DNA of 64,000 nt, taken from the NCBI GenBank assembly GCA_964035545.1, contig OZ037767.1, positions 12,038,581 to 12,102,580 of the forward strand, in the 5' to 3' direction. A program made the translations under genes and the position numbers. Below, piece after piece: positions 22,901 to 34,995 of this stretch. Position 1 is the first letter of the stretch, and the number at the start of each line of letters is the position of its first letter. The stretch comes from Bugula neritina (lineage: Eukaryota; Animalia; Bryozoa). The notes under the pieces were generated by a model. The model saw only the letters and a program-made list of their open reading frames with translations, was not told the origin of the DNA and ran no database searches.

Positions 22901-25900
22901 GTAACTTGGGGGTTCATTGAAGTCTTGTAGATACAGGTCTAGCCAGATAGACAGCACGGATATAATAGATCTGAAGAAGTCAATGGCATACTAATGTTGA
23001 AGGGCATTGTGTAGAAAAAGTATAATCTAGAAAAAGTATGACCTAGAGAAAGTGTAATCTAGAGAAAGTGTAATCTAGAGAAAGAAATCAGATCATTAAA
23101 TTGAAACATGTCTTGTCTGAAAATGTACTCAAGAAAATGTAATACACATCCCAGAAACAGCAACTAAGTTAGACACATTCTTACATAATAAACCAAGACA
23201 AAAGGCTAGCGTGAGCACATCACAACACTTACTGTTGAAACAGTGCACTTACTGTTGAAACAGTGTACTTACTGTTGAAACAGTGTACTTACTGTTGAAA
23301 CAGTGTACTTACTGTTGGAAGGTTGCAGATCTAGCCTTTTCTGACCCATCATAATCTTCGTACATTTGAGCAAGTTTTTCTGTGAGAGTTTTGGGGGTGC
23401 AGAATGATCGGAAGGTTGCCAAGAAAATTCTAGAATAAAGAATAATCATAGGATAAAATGACAACAACGCATTTCAAGTTGTTTACTTGTGAATTTGCAT
23501 TTCATCTGGAAGTTGAATCTACTGTTCAACATTCTCCCGAATGATGAGGAATTATGATGATTTTATTTCTAGTTATATTTTCACTCTGATTCAGCATTGA
23601 ATAGAATTCCATACTGAAAATGATGGACATTGAATATGGCATCTATATATCTACCAGTTGACACGATCTAGGAGAGTAGTAGTACCACCAATTGATCTAA
23701 TTCTATAGTAATGTCGCATATACGATGCAAGGCACAAAACTGATTTGTGAAACTTGTGTAGAAAATTATGACTGGCTGTTTTGAGAATCTTCAACTATTT
23801 TTACAAAAGCTTAAAAATAACTCAGGAATGTAACAAAATGTTTTAACAAAACTGCAAGATACTGCCCTTCTAGGCAGTTGTTATTTCTATAGTAATGTGC
23901 CTGTATTTCAGTATAGCATTAGCAGCTGTAGTTTTTACAGAGGGTCAAAATGAGAGTAAAATGGGAGTGTTTGTTGATATTCAGTAAGAGTTAATGAAGC
24001 AAATGTATTTAGCATTCAACTTTATAATAAAGATGCATTTAATTCAAAGAATTCAAATAAATAACCAACTGTCAGCCTCCTAGCAACAAGAGGAATATCC
24101 AAGAGATCTTACTATAAGTGTTGTGAATGTAATAGCAAAGTTACAGCAATATCATTTTAGTACGTGACTATTAGTACCACAGTACTGTGACTATTAGTAC
24201 CACAGTACTGTGACTATTAGTACCACAGTACTGTGACTATTAGTACCACAGTACTGTGACTATTAGTACCACAGTACTGTGACTATTAGTACCACAGTAC
24301 ACTGTACAGTGACTATTAGTACCACAGTACTGTGACTATTAGTACCACAGTGCACTGTACAGTGATTATTAGTACCACAGTAAGTAATTGTGAGTAACAC
24401 AAAGTAAAGTAAAAGTGTAAAGCTTCTATACCTGACATAAGTGCCATCTATTTCTCCTCCTTCTAAAAACAAAGAGTCTAGAAGACGATCCAGAGTCCCT
24501 GCTTTTATAACTTTCAACTCTTTGGTCTTGAAGTTAACACTGGCCACTCCAATATCGTCAGATTTCTGGTAAACAGCAGCTAAACAGTTATATTCCACAA
24601 GCTGTGTCTAGTAGTTATCAAATGCACAGGACTCAATCATTCTCATGAGTCATTCATTACAGGCCCAACAGTATACACTCGCAGCATACACTCGCAATGT
24701 ACACTCGCAGTGCACATACTACACTCGCAGTGTACACACTACACTCGCAGTATACACTCACAGTGTACACTCGCAGTATACACTCGCAGTGTACACTCGC
24801 AGTATACACTCGCACTAATATCATGGTTGCAGTTGCCAACTTCTTCAAATTAATGCAAGTATTTTCAATTTCATGGACAGACTGACAGGCTGTTGAAACT
24901 GCCCCAGCTACGAGTGTTGGCACAGTGGGACAGAGTTGGAATCTGGCCATCGTGATTTTTTACCAACATTAGCTAGTTTACTGAGCAAGGATAGGCATTG
25001 TAAACGGAACTAGCACAGCTAAGCTAGAGAGTGATGTACTCCATGTACTACAGCAGTCACGTGATCAGCTTTTAGACCGTGCACATAGGACAATACAATA
25101 TTGAGTACACACCCGAACTACACCTCCCATTTACTCACATCTATTATAATATTGGGTGCAACCCCAGCAATAATTGTTCAGGTTATTTATTCGAATGGTT
25201 CCCCACAACACTAAATAGGATGTAAAAGTATAATGACAACAAGCTACCCTAACAAACTTAATGTTTTGCTGTGTGCATGATGTGACAGATATTGAGTGCT
25301 TGACAGACCATATTGTGATAGATATGTACTTGTATGCCTACACTACTCTGCCACCATACCTGTGCCCAGTTCTAACCACTCCATTCACCACAATGACTCA
25401 TTTAAACACACACTGGAATGCTGTGACTCAACACATTGCTAAGTTCACACCAGACTGGATGTTGTGGAATTATACTAACCACCAACTAAAGGTGGGTGAA
25501 GGGAAGATACAATGAGGATACAATGACATAGCAGAGAGCATAGAATGGTCACAGCTAGACAGAACACCAACACCAGTTCTACTACAGCCACTACTAACTA
25601 TACAGCAATACAGCAGCAATACAGCAGCACTAGCATCAACTATATAACAATCTGACTTCATAATTTGGTTACCTTTCGAACAAGATGCAGCTAAAACAGT
25701 GTAAGTTAGCAAGTAAAACAATGTAAGTTAGCAAGTAAAATAGTGTAAGTTAGCAAGTAAAATAGTGTCAGTTAGTAAGAAACGTAGCTGTACAGTGAGT
25801 AGCAGTGGGGAAAGGTTCAAGATAAGTTGGCTTATCATAAGAGTTAGCAAGTTTCATAACTGAACTTTAGCAGACTGAATATAAGGGTGTTAACTCCATT

Positions 25901-28900
25901 CAACTTCAACTAATTGAGATTCCAGTATGAAAAGGCTGCATCAGTACTATCAGTAGTCTATCTTATCATGGTAACTCCGCAGCAAGTGTATCGATTCCCA
26001 TGCATTGAGTGGGACTGAGTGAGTGAATCATGCATACATTAAAGGCCCTTCATTCACACAAGGTTCAGTACTAATATTACGTGTGAGGTACAACAACATA
26101 AATACAGTGTTCACAGCTCTACAGTACCTGTTGTAACACATGACTGTAGCAGTACATAATATACAGTAATGTTGGTAGACTTACAGTAGCCCTCGACGCA
26201 TTGTAGGATAACTTCTTCAAATACACATTATACACAGCATCGTGCTCTGGTGTCTCAAACTCCTTCAGAAACTGTAAACTAGAGTTGTTCTCTGCCTGTG
26301 AACATTTAAGTGAAAAACTGACAGTACAGCACAGAACATATACTGATACTTGTACAGCATGCATGGTGCAGGGCAGAATTGACATTACTAGTTTCTCAAC
26401 ACTCAACACTAATGATAGTTGAAAGGTATTCTGCAATAAACATATACATACAAGTTTTATCACTAGTGACTAGACATGTTAGATGGTATAATGTATATAC
26501 TATGCTGAATAATAGTTGGTTCAATAGCACCAGTCACCTTGCATAGTGCTAGTAGTTGATTATGACTACACAGTTACAGTGAGTAATACTGTAGAGTTAC
26601 ACCAACAGTGTACAGTTACAGTGAGTAATACTGTAGAGTTACACCAACAGTGTACAGTTACAGTGAGTAACACTGTAGAGTTACACCAACAGTGTACAGT
26701 TACAGTGAGTAATACCGTAGAGTTACACCAACAGTGTACAGTTACAGTGAGTAATACAGTAGAGTTGCAATTACTTCTCACTGCAGCTGCCAATGTTAAT
26801 TACAAAACTAGGACTTAGCTGTAAGTTAACTCTCAAAAACCTGTGAAATTTAAAAATATAACCAACAGTTAGCAAACACAAAGTAATGGAAAGTCAACAC
26901 CACTGAAATAAGAAGAGAACAAATATTACTCAGAATTTCAACAGTTAGGAGGAAAGGATAATATTTTCAGTTGAATAACAAGTTAGACAATATTTAGTGA
27001 GCAGCTCAGAGCTATCTGATGTAGCTATGAAGTCATGGGGACATCTGCATTCCAGGGGAGAAGATGACTAGAGTAGGCAGGTGGTAGCAGGTGGTAGCAG
27101 GTGGTAGACATAACCAAGATGCAGGATGAATCCTAATAAATTGTAAAAAGAAGGAAAAGCAATGGTAAAAAATAAGTTAATCTCAAGTAGGCCAACCGAA
27201 GGACAGTATCCAGTATGTCACTTAAACTCAGCCCATGCCAAATGCTGTGTTCATTCAGATGGAGTATAAAGCAAGTTGAGCAGGTTTTACTGATCACTGA
27301 GATGGACATGTAACATCAGGACTACAGAAGGTTTGATTTTTTAAGACAAATAAACATCCTTGCCCTGACACTATTAACTGTGTCATCATTACGTATTATA
27401 TAATACTAATAAGACTGCAACTGTTGCAATATAACTTAATGCTGGCCAACATGAACAGCCGTCATCAGAAAGATGCCATCTAAGAAAGTGGTGGAAGTTG
27501 TGTAGCCTAGAAACAACCGTACAGAGAGAAATAGAGTGGGTAAATCTACTGCCCTCCCTCAAAACAAGGATATGTAAGCATTTGACTACATGGCCTACTT
27601 CTGGCCAAATTGAGGCTGATTTTTTGTGCAAACGTCAAGATGTGTCAAGTTGCTGTAGAGTTGATTTATTTACTAGAGAGCTATGTAACTGGTGATACTG
27701 TTACTGCACACTGAATATTGACCACATTGAACTGTCTTATTTCAGTTTAAAATCTAAATCAAGGTTACTAAATCCTTGCCTTCTTACCATCTTAGTCCAG
27801 TTTAAGATACTGTGCAGAGTGCATGCTGTATAGGGTATACTGTATAGGGTATACTGTATACTGTATAGGGTATACTGTATACTGTATAGGGTATACTGTA
27901 TAGGGTATACTGTATAGGGTATACTGTATACTGTATAGGGTATACTGTATACTGTATAGGGTATACTGTATAGGGTATACTGTATAGGGTATACTGTATA
28001 GGGTATACTGTATAGGGTATACTGTATAGGGTATACTGTATAGGGTATACTGTATAGGGTATACTGTATAGGGTATACTGTATAGGGTATACTGTATAGG
28101 GTATACTGTATAGGGTATACTGTATAGGGTATACTGTATAGGGTAGAGTAACATAGCAAAAGTTGTCTATAAATTATTATCTCTCAAGCTCACTTTATAT
28201 GAGCAAATCATATTATCATCTAAGGAAGTTGAGTTGTTACTATAGATATTAGCTGGCAGTTCATTTCCATTCAGCTGTAAGTTAATGTTATGTAGGTTGT
28301 AAAACATAAACTGAAGAATAATTTTAGAATTGCTAGACTACACTGTTATTTAAACAAACAAAACAGTCATTCATTTATTCACTCAAGTTGTAAAAAGCAT
28401 TATATGGCAGCCAGTTGCAGTTCAACTTAAAACTGATTACATAATGCAAGGAAGCCCAGAGTTGGCCATACAAGTATGTAGTCAGAGTATGTTTGCATTT
28501 CTAAGTGAGTCACTTCACAGGATTGTATACCTGGACCTAATTATTGAAAATCAGCTATTAGTTTAAGCACAGTTCAAAGTGATCAGGTATCAGAGTATGC
28601 TAATAATTCATATACAGAATATTCTCCCTTTCCAAGTAATACTTTTAATGTTGAGTTACTCAACTTCAATCTTCCACATGGCATGACAAACATAGGGAAT
28701 AGACAAAATAGACATTAGAACCACAACAAGTCATGTTAGTTGTTATGGTTATTAACATCGGAACTTATAAATTTTGTTGCCAATGCTCAATTACAAGATG
28801 ATGGACTGGGAAAAATAGCAAATTAAATGTTGTGTCATAAATACTAGGTTAACATTTTAGTCATATCAGTTGGCCTTTCTTCATTTAACTACAGAGCATC

Positions 28901-30166
28901 CTTTTACTCCAGTGTCAGATGATTTAAAGAGAAATATAGTCTAAAGTCTAAACCTATTTATCTAGTTGTGCAATAGTTTCAGAGGCAGCTAAATTTCTAT
29001 AAGCATAGGAATAAATGAGTTCCAATTTTTATTTTTTTAGCTTGCGCAATGCTGAGATCATTTTCTTCCATCTTCTAATTTCCTGTATATACTATCTGCG
29101 TAATTACTTCATAATATTACTAGTTGTTGAATTATAAAAAAACTCCAAGTTGCTGTTTAAGCAAAATGTCTGCTCCAATGACCTTAATCTGACATAAAAC
29201 TATTTAGCATTCTATACTATTATTTAGGAATTGTTAAAGTAACAATATTTTATTACTAAGAGATCTAAACTAGTTTACAGTTATGGTGCTGATTATTTGA
29301 ATTGTCTTGAACATCTAGAATACAGTCACATAACCAAGCATGAACGCAGACTCACGCCTTACTCATGGAGGGGAACTCACTATCATTTGTCACTACCTCA
29401 ACTAGCCTAAAAAACTGTAATATTTCTGGGAGGACAGGAAATAACCACAATTAAATCTAATCATAATTGATGTGAAAACACACTTTTAGTAAGTTTACCA
29501 GTTCACTGCACCAATTTAAAGTCCTATACTGTTGTTAAGCAGGTTGTAAAACACACATGTTACAAAATGCAACAACATCATTCAAATCGTGCAAAATAAC
29601 TCAAATTGACTTGGAAGAAAAAATGTTTATCATTTGCAGGATAACCTTCACACTTAACCTGTGGCAAAGATAATTAAGCTATACAGATCACATGCCAATA
29701 GTATTTTACTACCTATTAGTATTTATAAAATAGGTTTCAGGTGTAAATTTAACTTTAAGTCAGTGTTGTGGTGTGCTTCAGTGAATATATTGATTATTTA
29801 TCTAGGAGTAGCAGTATGTTTATTTCCATTGTCACTTTAAATTTTAAATTTTTATCCATCTATAAGTATATCCATACGAATATCATGAGTACATCAATAT
29901 GCAAATGTAATTATTTAATTTAGTTTCCTAATAAGTATAACATCCGTCTTACATCTAATAATAGATATTATTATTAATTATAATACTTATGCTTATAGTT
30001 AATAGTTGTTAGCCAACATAGGATTAGTCATAATCATAAAGATAGCAATCAATTAATCATATTTATATAAATATAATTATGGTAACGTTGTAATTTATAT
30101 TTATAATTTAATCATGAAATATAAAATAAATACAATAACTGAATAAGTTATACTTACAGGGTTCAT
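16962..30166 (-). CDS. RGL1: Ral guanine nucleotide dissociation stimulator-like (RalGDS/RGL family: REM, CDC25 RasGEF and RA domains)
   Basis: Phase-consistent minus-strand exons: 30166-30158 (MNP, tentative), 26271-26185, 24565-24432, 23429-23313, 22970-22795, 21869-21703, 21353-21204, 20867-20721, 20567-20463, 20070-19984, 19739-19495, 18384-18307, 17756-17525, 17334-17211, 17092-16962. Motifs: [106 protein letters not shown]. The symbol is family-level only. Confidence 0.93.
19340..19470. repeat. (CA/CACT)n compound microsatellite
   Basis: Lies just inside the intron after the minus-strand donor at 19494. Confidence 0.92.
20108..20278. repeat. Interrupted (CA)n repeat (CACACACAGY)
   Basis: Read directly; upstream of the acceptor at 20071. 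Confidence 0.92.
21521..21732 (-). repeat. 53-bp tandem duplication x4 of an RGL exon/intron junction
   Basis: Unit = last 30 exon nt ATAGCTGAACAGTTGACTAGAATAGATGCA + first 23 intron nt GTAAGTGTGGTAGAGTTACTATT. Donor hexamers at 21702, 21649 and 21596, and a mutated GGAAGT at 21543. Confidence 0.95.
23020..23085. repeat. 16-bp repeat (AGAGAAAGTGTAATCT) x~4
   Basis: Read directly. Confidence 0.8.
23227..23317 (-). repeat. 20-bp tandem repeat of an RGL splice donor (CAACA|GTAAGTACACTGTTT)
   Basis: GTAAGT (minus strand) at 23312, 23292, 23272, 23252 and 23232. Confidence 0.95.
24164..24381. repeat. 23-bp minisatellite (GTGACTATTAGTACCACAGTACT)n
   Basis: About 8-9 units, about 50 nt into the intron from the donor at 24431. 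Confidence 0.93.
24669..24813. repeat. 13-bp minisatellite (CAGTRTACACTCG)n
   Basis: About 10 units. Confidence 0.9.
25697..25778. repeat. 22-bp repeat (GTAAGTTAGCAAGTAAAATAGT) x~3.5
   Basis: Read directly. Confidence 0.85.
26571..26768. repeat. 42-bp minisatellite x~4.7
   Basis: CAGTTACAGTGAGTAATACTGTAGAGTTACACCAACAGTGTA repeated. Confidence 0.93.
27826..28144. repeat. 14-bp minisatellite (GTATAGGGTATACT)n
   Basis: About 21 units with occasional extra GTATACT half-units. Confidence 0.96.
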
Positions 30167-31759
30167 TGGATGTGTGTCCACAACCACGAAATCAAAATGC
30201 TAATCTCATCAATGAGTATTCGACAAATTTGAAAGTTCACCTATTTTTATCTAAGTTCAACTTGGTTATTGAACTTCAGCTTGAAGTTGTTGGTGGTCAC
30301 AATCGCTCCGTCAATGTGACACTACATCTAATAGTAACAATTACTCTGGTCTCTAAGTCTAACAGTAAATAACTGTGTAGGTTTGTTCAGTGTTTGGCTG
30401 TCACTATCACTATGATCATAAGAATGGGTAAGAAAGAAGTTTGCACAAAAGCTTGAAACAGAATTTAGTATACTATCAATATGAACATTATTCGATTTAG
30501 GTATACTTTCAATTTAAATTTGACATTGTGATTGTGATCTTCAAGTTCATCCTCATCCTGGTAGAGTGGCACACAATCAATATCAGTATCACATTGATGA
30601 TGAAACTTAAAACTTTAATATCTGTAGTTGATACTTGATCAAAGCTTTCGCTGATTCAAAAGTAATTTTAATTTACCAATACTACTAGTACTAGTACTGG
30701 TAGTACTAAGAATTAGAATAAGTCTTACAATTGGTCTCCGCGATTTTGGTCTCTTGGACTCTCACACAGCGACTGTCACTGTTACTGTTAGACTTACTCT
30801 TACTCTAGGAAACTTAGTACTAGTAGTACTAGAACAAAAAGACTAGTACTGGTAATCCGTAGTAGTTCAAGTTGGTAGTAACGTGAGTGATAATGTTAGA
30901 TCGACTCCAGGTTCAAGTGATTGGCTAATTAGTAAATTACAAAATGATGATTTAGCCGAAAACTACCTTTAATCTTTTAAGGTCTAACCTTTAAGGTTTT
31001 GTGCAACAATTTCGATAAATTTAAGCAACAACCAGCGCGAGTGTTAACAGTGTGTTTGTTTTGAGTCTATTTATCAAACACATGACACTTCAGTGACAAA
31101 CAATGGCTATATAAACTTAGGAATGCCAATGGTGTTGAAGTTTGAAGCTATCACTAATCTGGTTGGTTTGCATACAACGTGGTACAGTATGTCGGAGCCT
31201 AATATGGGCGTGGTTACTGAGGTCACCGCCTCAGTAATTGTTTATATTTCAGTTATCTTTTAGTGCGTAAACTATTCAACAATCTAACCCCTTTACCGCG
31301 ATCAAAAGATGTCTTTATAATTATTGTGCTCTATTACTAATTTTTATTGTTATTATGTCCAATACAAGCAAATTTCTCTTTACATGCAGGCTAAGCTTTT
31401 TCATATAATTTCAACAAATAACTACATATACATAGCTTCATAGTTAAAAATCCAACCACATATATAGCATATTTATTGAAATTTTCACTACTTGGCATCT
31501 ACAGCTCTTATTTACTACTCCTTTTATTGATCAAAGAGCAGTCACATTGAGTAGTTACGGTAAAATGAGCTAAACAAATGAAAAGGAAAAATTAGTCATA
31601 AAAGCTTAAAGTGCCAAAAGGTTGGCTTTTAAGTCTTGAAACTGTTGTGTTTATTCCCTTTGGATAAACACATTTTTGAGCCAAAGTAAGCTTTATAATT
31701 CATCTCTGAGCCATGACCTCTAGCAAATATTCTGTAGATATTAATGTATATACAGAGAG

Positions 31760-31990
31760 CAGTTCTGGTCTATTGGTTAGAGAGCTATAGTTTGGTAAAC
31801 ACAAGGCCAGTGGTTTGGTCCCAGTGAAGCCCATTGGTGACGTTAGGAATTAGGGCACTTTAATACCAAGATTACTCTTCTACCACAATAGAAAGCTTGT
31901 CAGTGGTCTGCTCAATGAAACCCTTTTCACCAGGGGTTCTCACAGGGATGGTAACTGTAAACCTACTTGAGTGTTTATATATGTATATAT
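31760..31990 (+). mobile_element. Possible old tRNA-derived SINE
   Basis: A-box-like TGGTCTATTGGTTAG, degenerate B-box GGTTTGGTCCC, a body beginning CCCATTGGTGACGTTAGGA and a TA-rich tail; no TSD found. Confidence 0.4.
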
Positions 31991-33884
31991 ACAGTGTGTG
32001 CATATGTTATAATAACAATTCATTATATCTATGAATGTTGAACAATTTATAAAAAAAGAAAAATATTGCATTATTTTCTCTTGGCCAATCACAATGCACA
32101 TCACTTCTACAGCAAACCTAATTGTAAAACTTGATACAGGTTAATTTCTAATCAGTATTTTAGTCCTAAGATGATAAATACTCAGCCATTTAAACATTAG
32201 CAACAAATACACTCTATTAGCAGAGAGGTTGCTGCAGTATTAATATACATGTAGAATAGGCTATTTATACACTATAATATTATACATACAGCCATATGCT
32301 CTTGCCACTTGTTTCTATTTTGGTGGCTCTTGCATCGCATTAGAATACAAAAAGTATTGTGTATAAACAGCTGTGCACTGTAGTTGCTAGTAGATGTATG
32401 CCAGTTGCTAGTTTTTATAATACTAGACTAGTTGCTCTTAAGTAAACTAGGCTGGTTGCTAGTTGCTAGTTAGTAGACTAAGCTAGTTGCCAGTTAGCAA
32501 ACTAATTTCTAATTGTTACTATACTAAGCTAAGGCTGTAACTGTTTATATAGAGATAAGCTGAATAGAAAATGTATTAAAAAAATTATTTATTAAACAGC
32601 TCTATTCCTTTAAGAGCACAATTTTAACTGCATTATTAATAAAAGTTGACTAAATGTACTTTTAGCATATCCCTGGGTAGAAGAGAATTAATTAAGTTTA
32701 TAAATTTAAATTTTCCCAAATGACTAAATAAAAAAGCAATAATTTTTAAAGTAGCATTTGTGCAGGATGGTGCAATTGAACTAAGTTTACTTGCCTTAAA
32801 TTGTCAAGTTTTATCACATTCTTATACTTTTATCTGTATTATCTCAACTATAACATGCTATTAACACTGTGCTATACACTACGGTATAGAGTATAATATA
32901 AAGGGGAGGTGACTCCCAAACTGAACACCTATATGAAATCTTTACAACAAACAGGTGTGATAATTATTAACTTTTACTAGTAGATGTTGCTAGAAGCTAG
33001 TAAATTAATGAAAATAGAAGGAAGTTTCATACACGAATTTTTTTTCTAATATTTAGTTACTTCAGGTTTTACTATGAATAGGAATATATTTTTTGAAAAT
33101 CTTATTTCATAATAAAATATACTCAGTATAAATCGATAATGCTTAATGCACTAGCTAATACAGTCATAGAATAATTAATACTGATCAAAACTAAAAACAT
33201 GGCTAACTATGAAATGAAACTATTTGAAACCTGGAACATTGTATTGAAGCAGATCATTTGCAACTGTTTTGCTTACCATACAAACCAATTTATATTTCAA
33301 AAAGTTATAATTATAGTATTATTATAATGACAAATGCATGCAAGGGTTAGAGATTGCCACGTACCATATTCATGTTTCTCATAGCATAACTTATAGGCAT
33401 ATTTAATAACGGTATCATACCGAGAACAGATAACTCTATTAACTAACCTAAACCTCTGCATGTGGCAATAATTTCACATTGCATTCCATAATTTAATATA
33501 ATGAATATTATATTATATTATTTATTCGCAATATAAAATATATACATCCATATTAATAAACTATCATATTACAGTATAAAATTACTATCATATTACAACT
33601 AGTGTAGTATGCATTATGTAGTAGTGATATGGTATAATATCAAGGTTTGTGTGTATAACTTGATTTCTGTAATACAGTATTTTTGAAATTAGCAGCATAA
33701 TTATAATGTAGCACCATATATTATATATAATTAATATAAGTGCATGTGCTGTATTGTGCTACTCTGTGAATTGTATATAATAGTTCAGTATATAGTATAC
33801 CCAAGGAGAGAGGGGGCGGGCTCGTATCAACCACCACCCACCCACTAGTTGCCCTCACAAAGTATAGTGGAGTTATCCACCCTG

Positions 33885-33885
<1 letters not shown>

Positions 33886-33928
<43 letters not shown>
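33886..33928. repeat. (TA)n microsatellite
   Basis: Read directly. Confidence 0.95.
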
Positions 33929-33932
<4 letters not shown>

Positions 33933-34237
33933 TCATGTGATACTGTTCATTCCATACATTCACAATATTTACACACTGGAAATGCTTTTGCTTTGTTATA
34001 ACTGATGCTTGAAATATTTTAAGTTTTGCAATAGACACCATAAATATGTATAATAGTTATAAGGAGGTAAATGAGTGTTATCAGGTAGTAATGTAGCTGT
34101 TACACAAACGTTACACTTAAGTGTGTAAGTTCTACACTTCATAATTATAATAACAAATATTTATGTAGTAGTATAAACAGCAAACTACTGATAATTATTG
34201 TGATGTTTATATAAATTATATCTATAAATATACATAA

Positions 34238-34238
34238 A

Positions 34239-34318
<80 letters not shown>
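34238..34318. repeat. (TA)n microsatellite
   Basis: Read directly. Confidence 0.95.
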
Positions 34319-34319
<1 letters not shown>

Positions 34320-34719
34320 CATATTGATATAATATTATATGTAGAAGTAAATAAAATTAATGTCCTTACTACCTTGAAGGTGCAAGCATACCTATTATTT
34401 AAGTAGTCTTTACATGATTAATATATAGAATAATATTATCAGCTAAATGTAATGCAAAGTATGTTCACGCCCAGCTATGTTTACAGTTCAGACTATAACT
34501 CAATAGCCAATAGTACTAGAGCTAAGAGCCACAAGTGAAAGAGAACAAAGTAGTGCATGTCTAGTCCAGGTCTTAATGTACCCCACTTCTACAGACCTTT
34601 TCTTTCTTGCACAGAAAATTATAACTCTCAAAATTGTTTCTGTTCAAATTGTAACAGCATAAGTTGAGATGTAAATCCCTACTACTTATCCCTATTTACT
34701 TTTATAGAATTGTTCTGTG

Positions 34720-34995
34720 TCAGCTACTAGTATCAGCTGTTAGTGTCAGCAGTTAGTGTCAGTAGTTAGTGTCAGCAGTTAATGTCAGTAGTTAATGTCA
34801 GCAGTTAGTGTCAGTAGTTAATGTCAGTAGTTAGTGTCAACAGTTAGTGTCAGTAGTTAATGTCAGCAGTTAGTGTCAGTAGTTAATGTCAGTAGTTAGT
34901 GTCAACAGTTAGTGTCAGCTACTAGTATCAGCAGTTAATGTCAGCAGTTAGTGCCAGCAGTTAGTGTCAACAGTTAGTGTCAACAGTTAGTGCCA
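34720..34995. repeat. 13-bp minisatellite (GTCAGYAGTTART)n
   Basis: About 21 units, intergenic. Confidence 0.93.

Noticed and set aside
24657-25065. 97-aa ORF (MARFQLC...) with an upstream GTCACGTGAT as an alternative RGL start
   Set aside because: No convincing in-phase donor and the ORF runs into a 13-bp repeat; support is insufficient.
25697-26768. Plus-strand donor-like hexamers (GTAAGT, GTGAGT) in two repeats as evidence of an antisense gene
   Set aside because: No plus-strand exon is supportable. They also show that donor-like hexamers can arise in repeats by chance, a caveat for the weaker donor-anchored cases.
27737-28159. ([11 protein letters not shown])n ORFs and a telomere-like reading of TATAGGG
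   Set aside because: A simple 14-bp minisatellite; not a TTAGGG/TTAGG tract.
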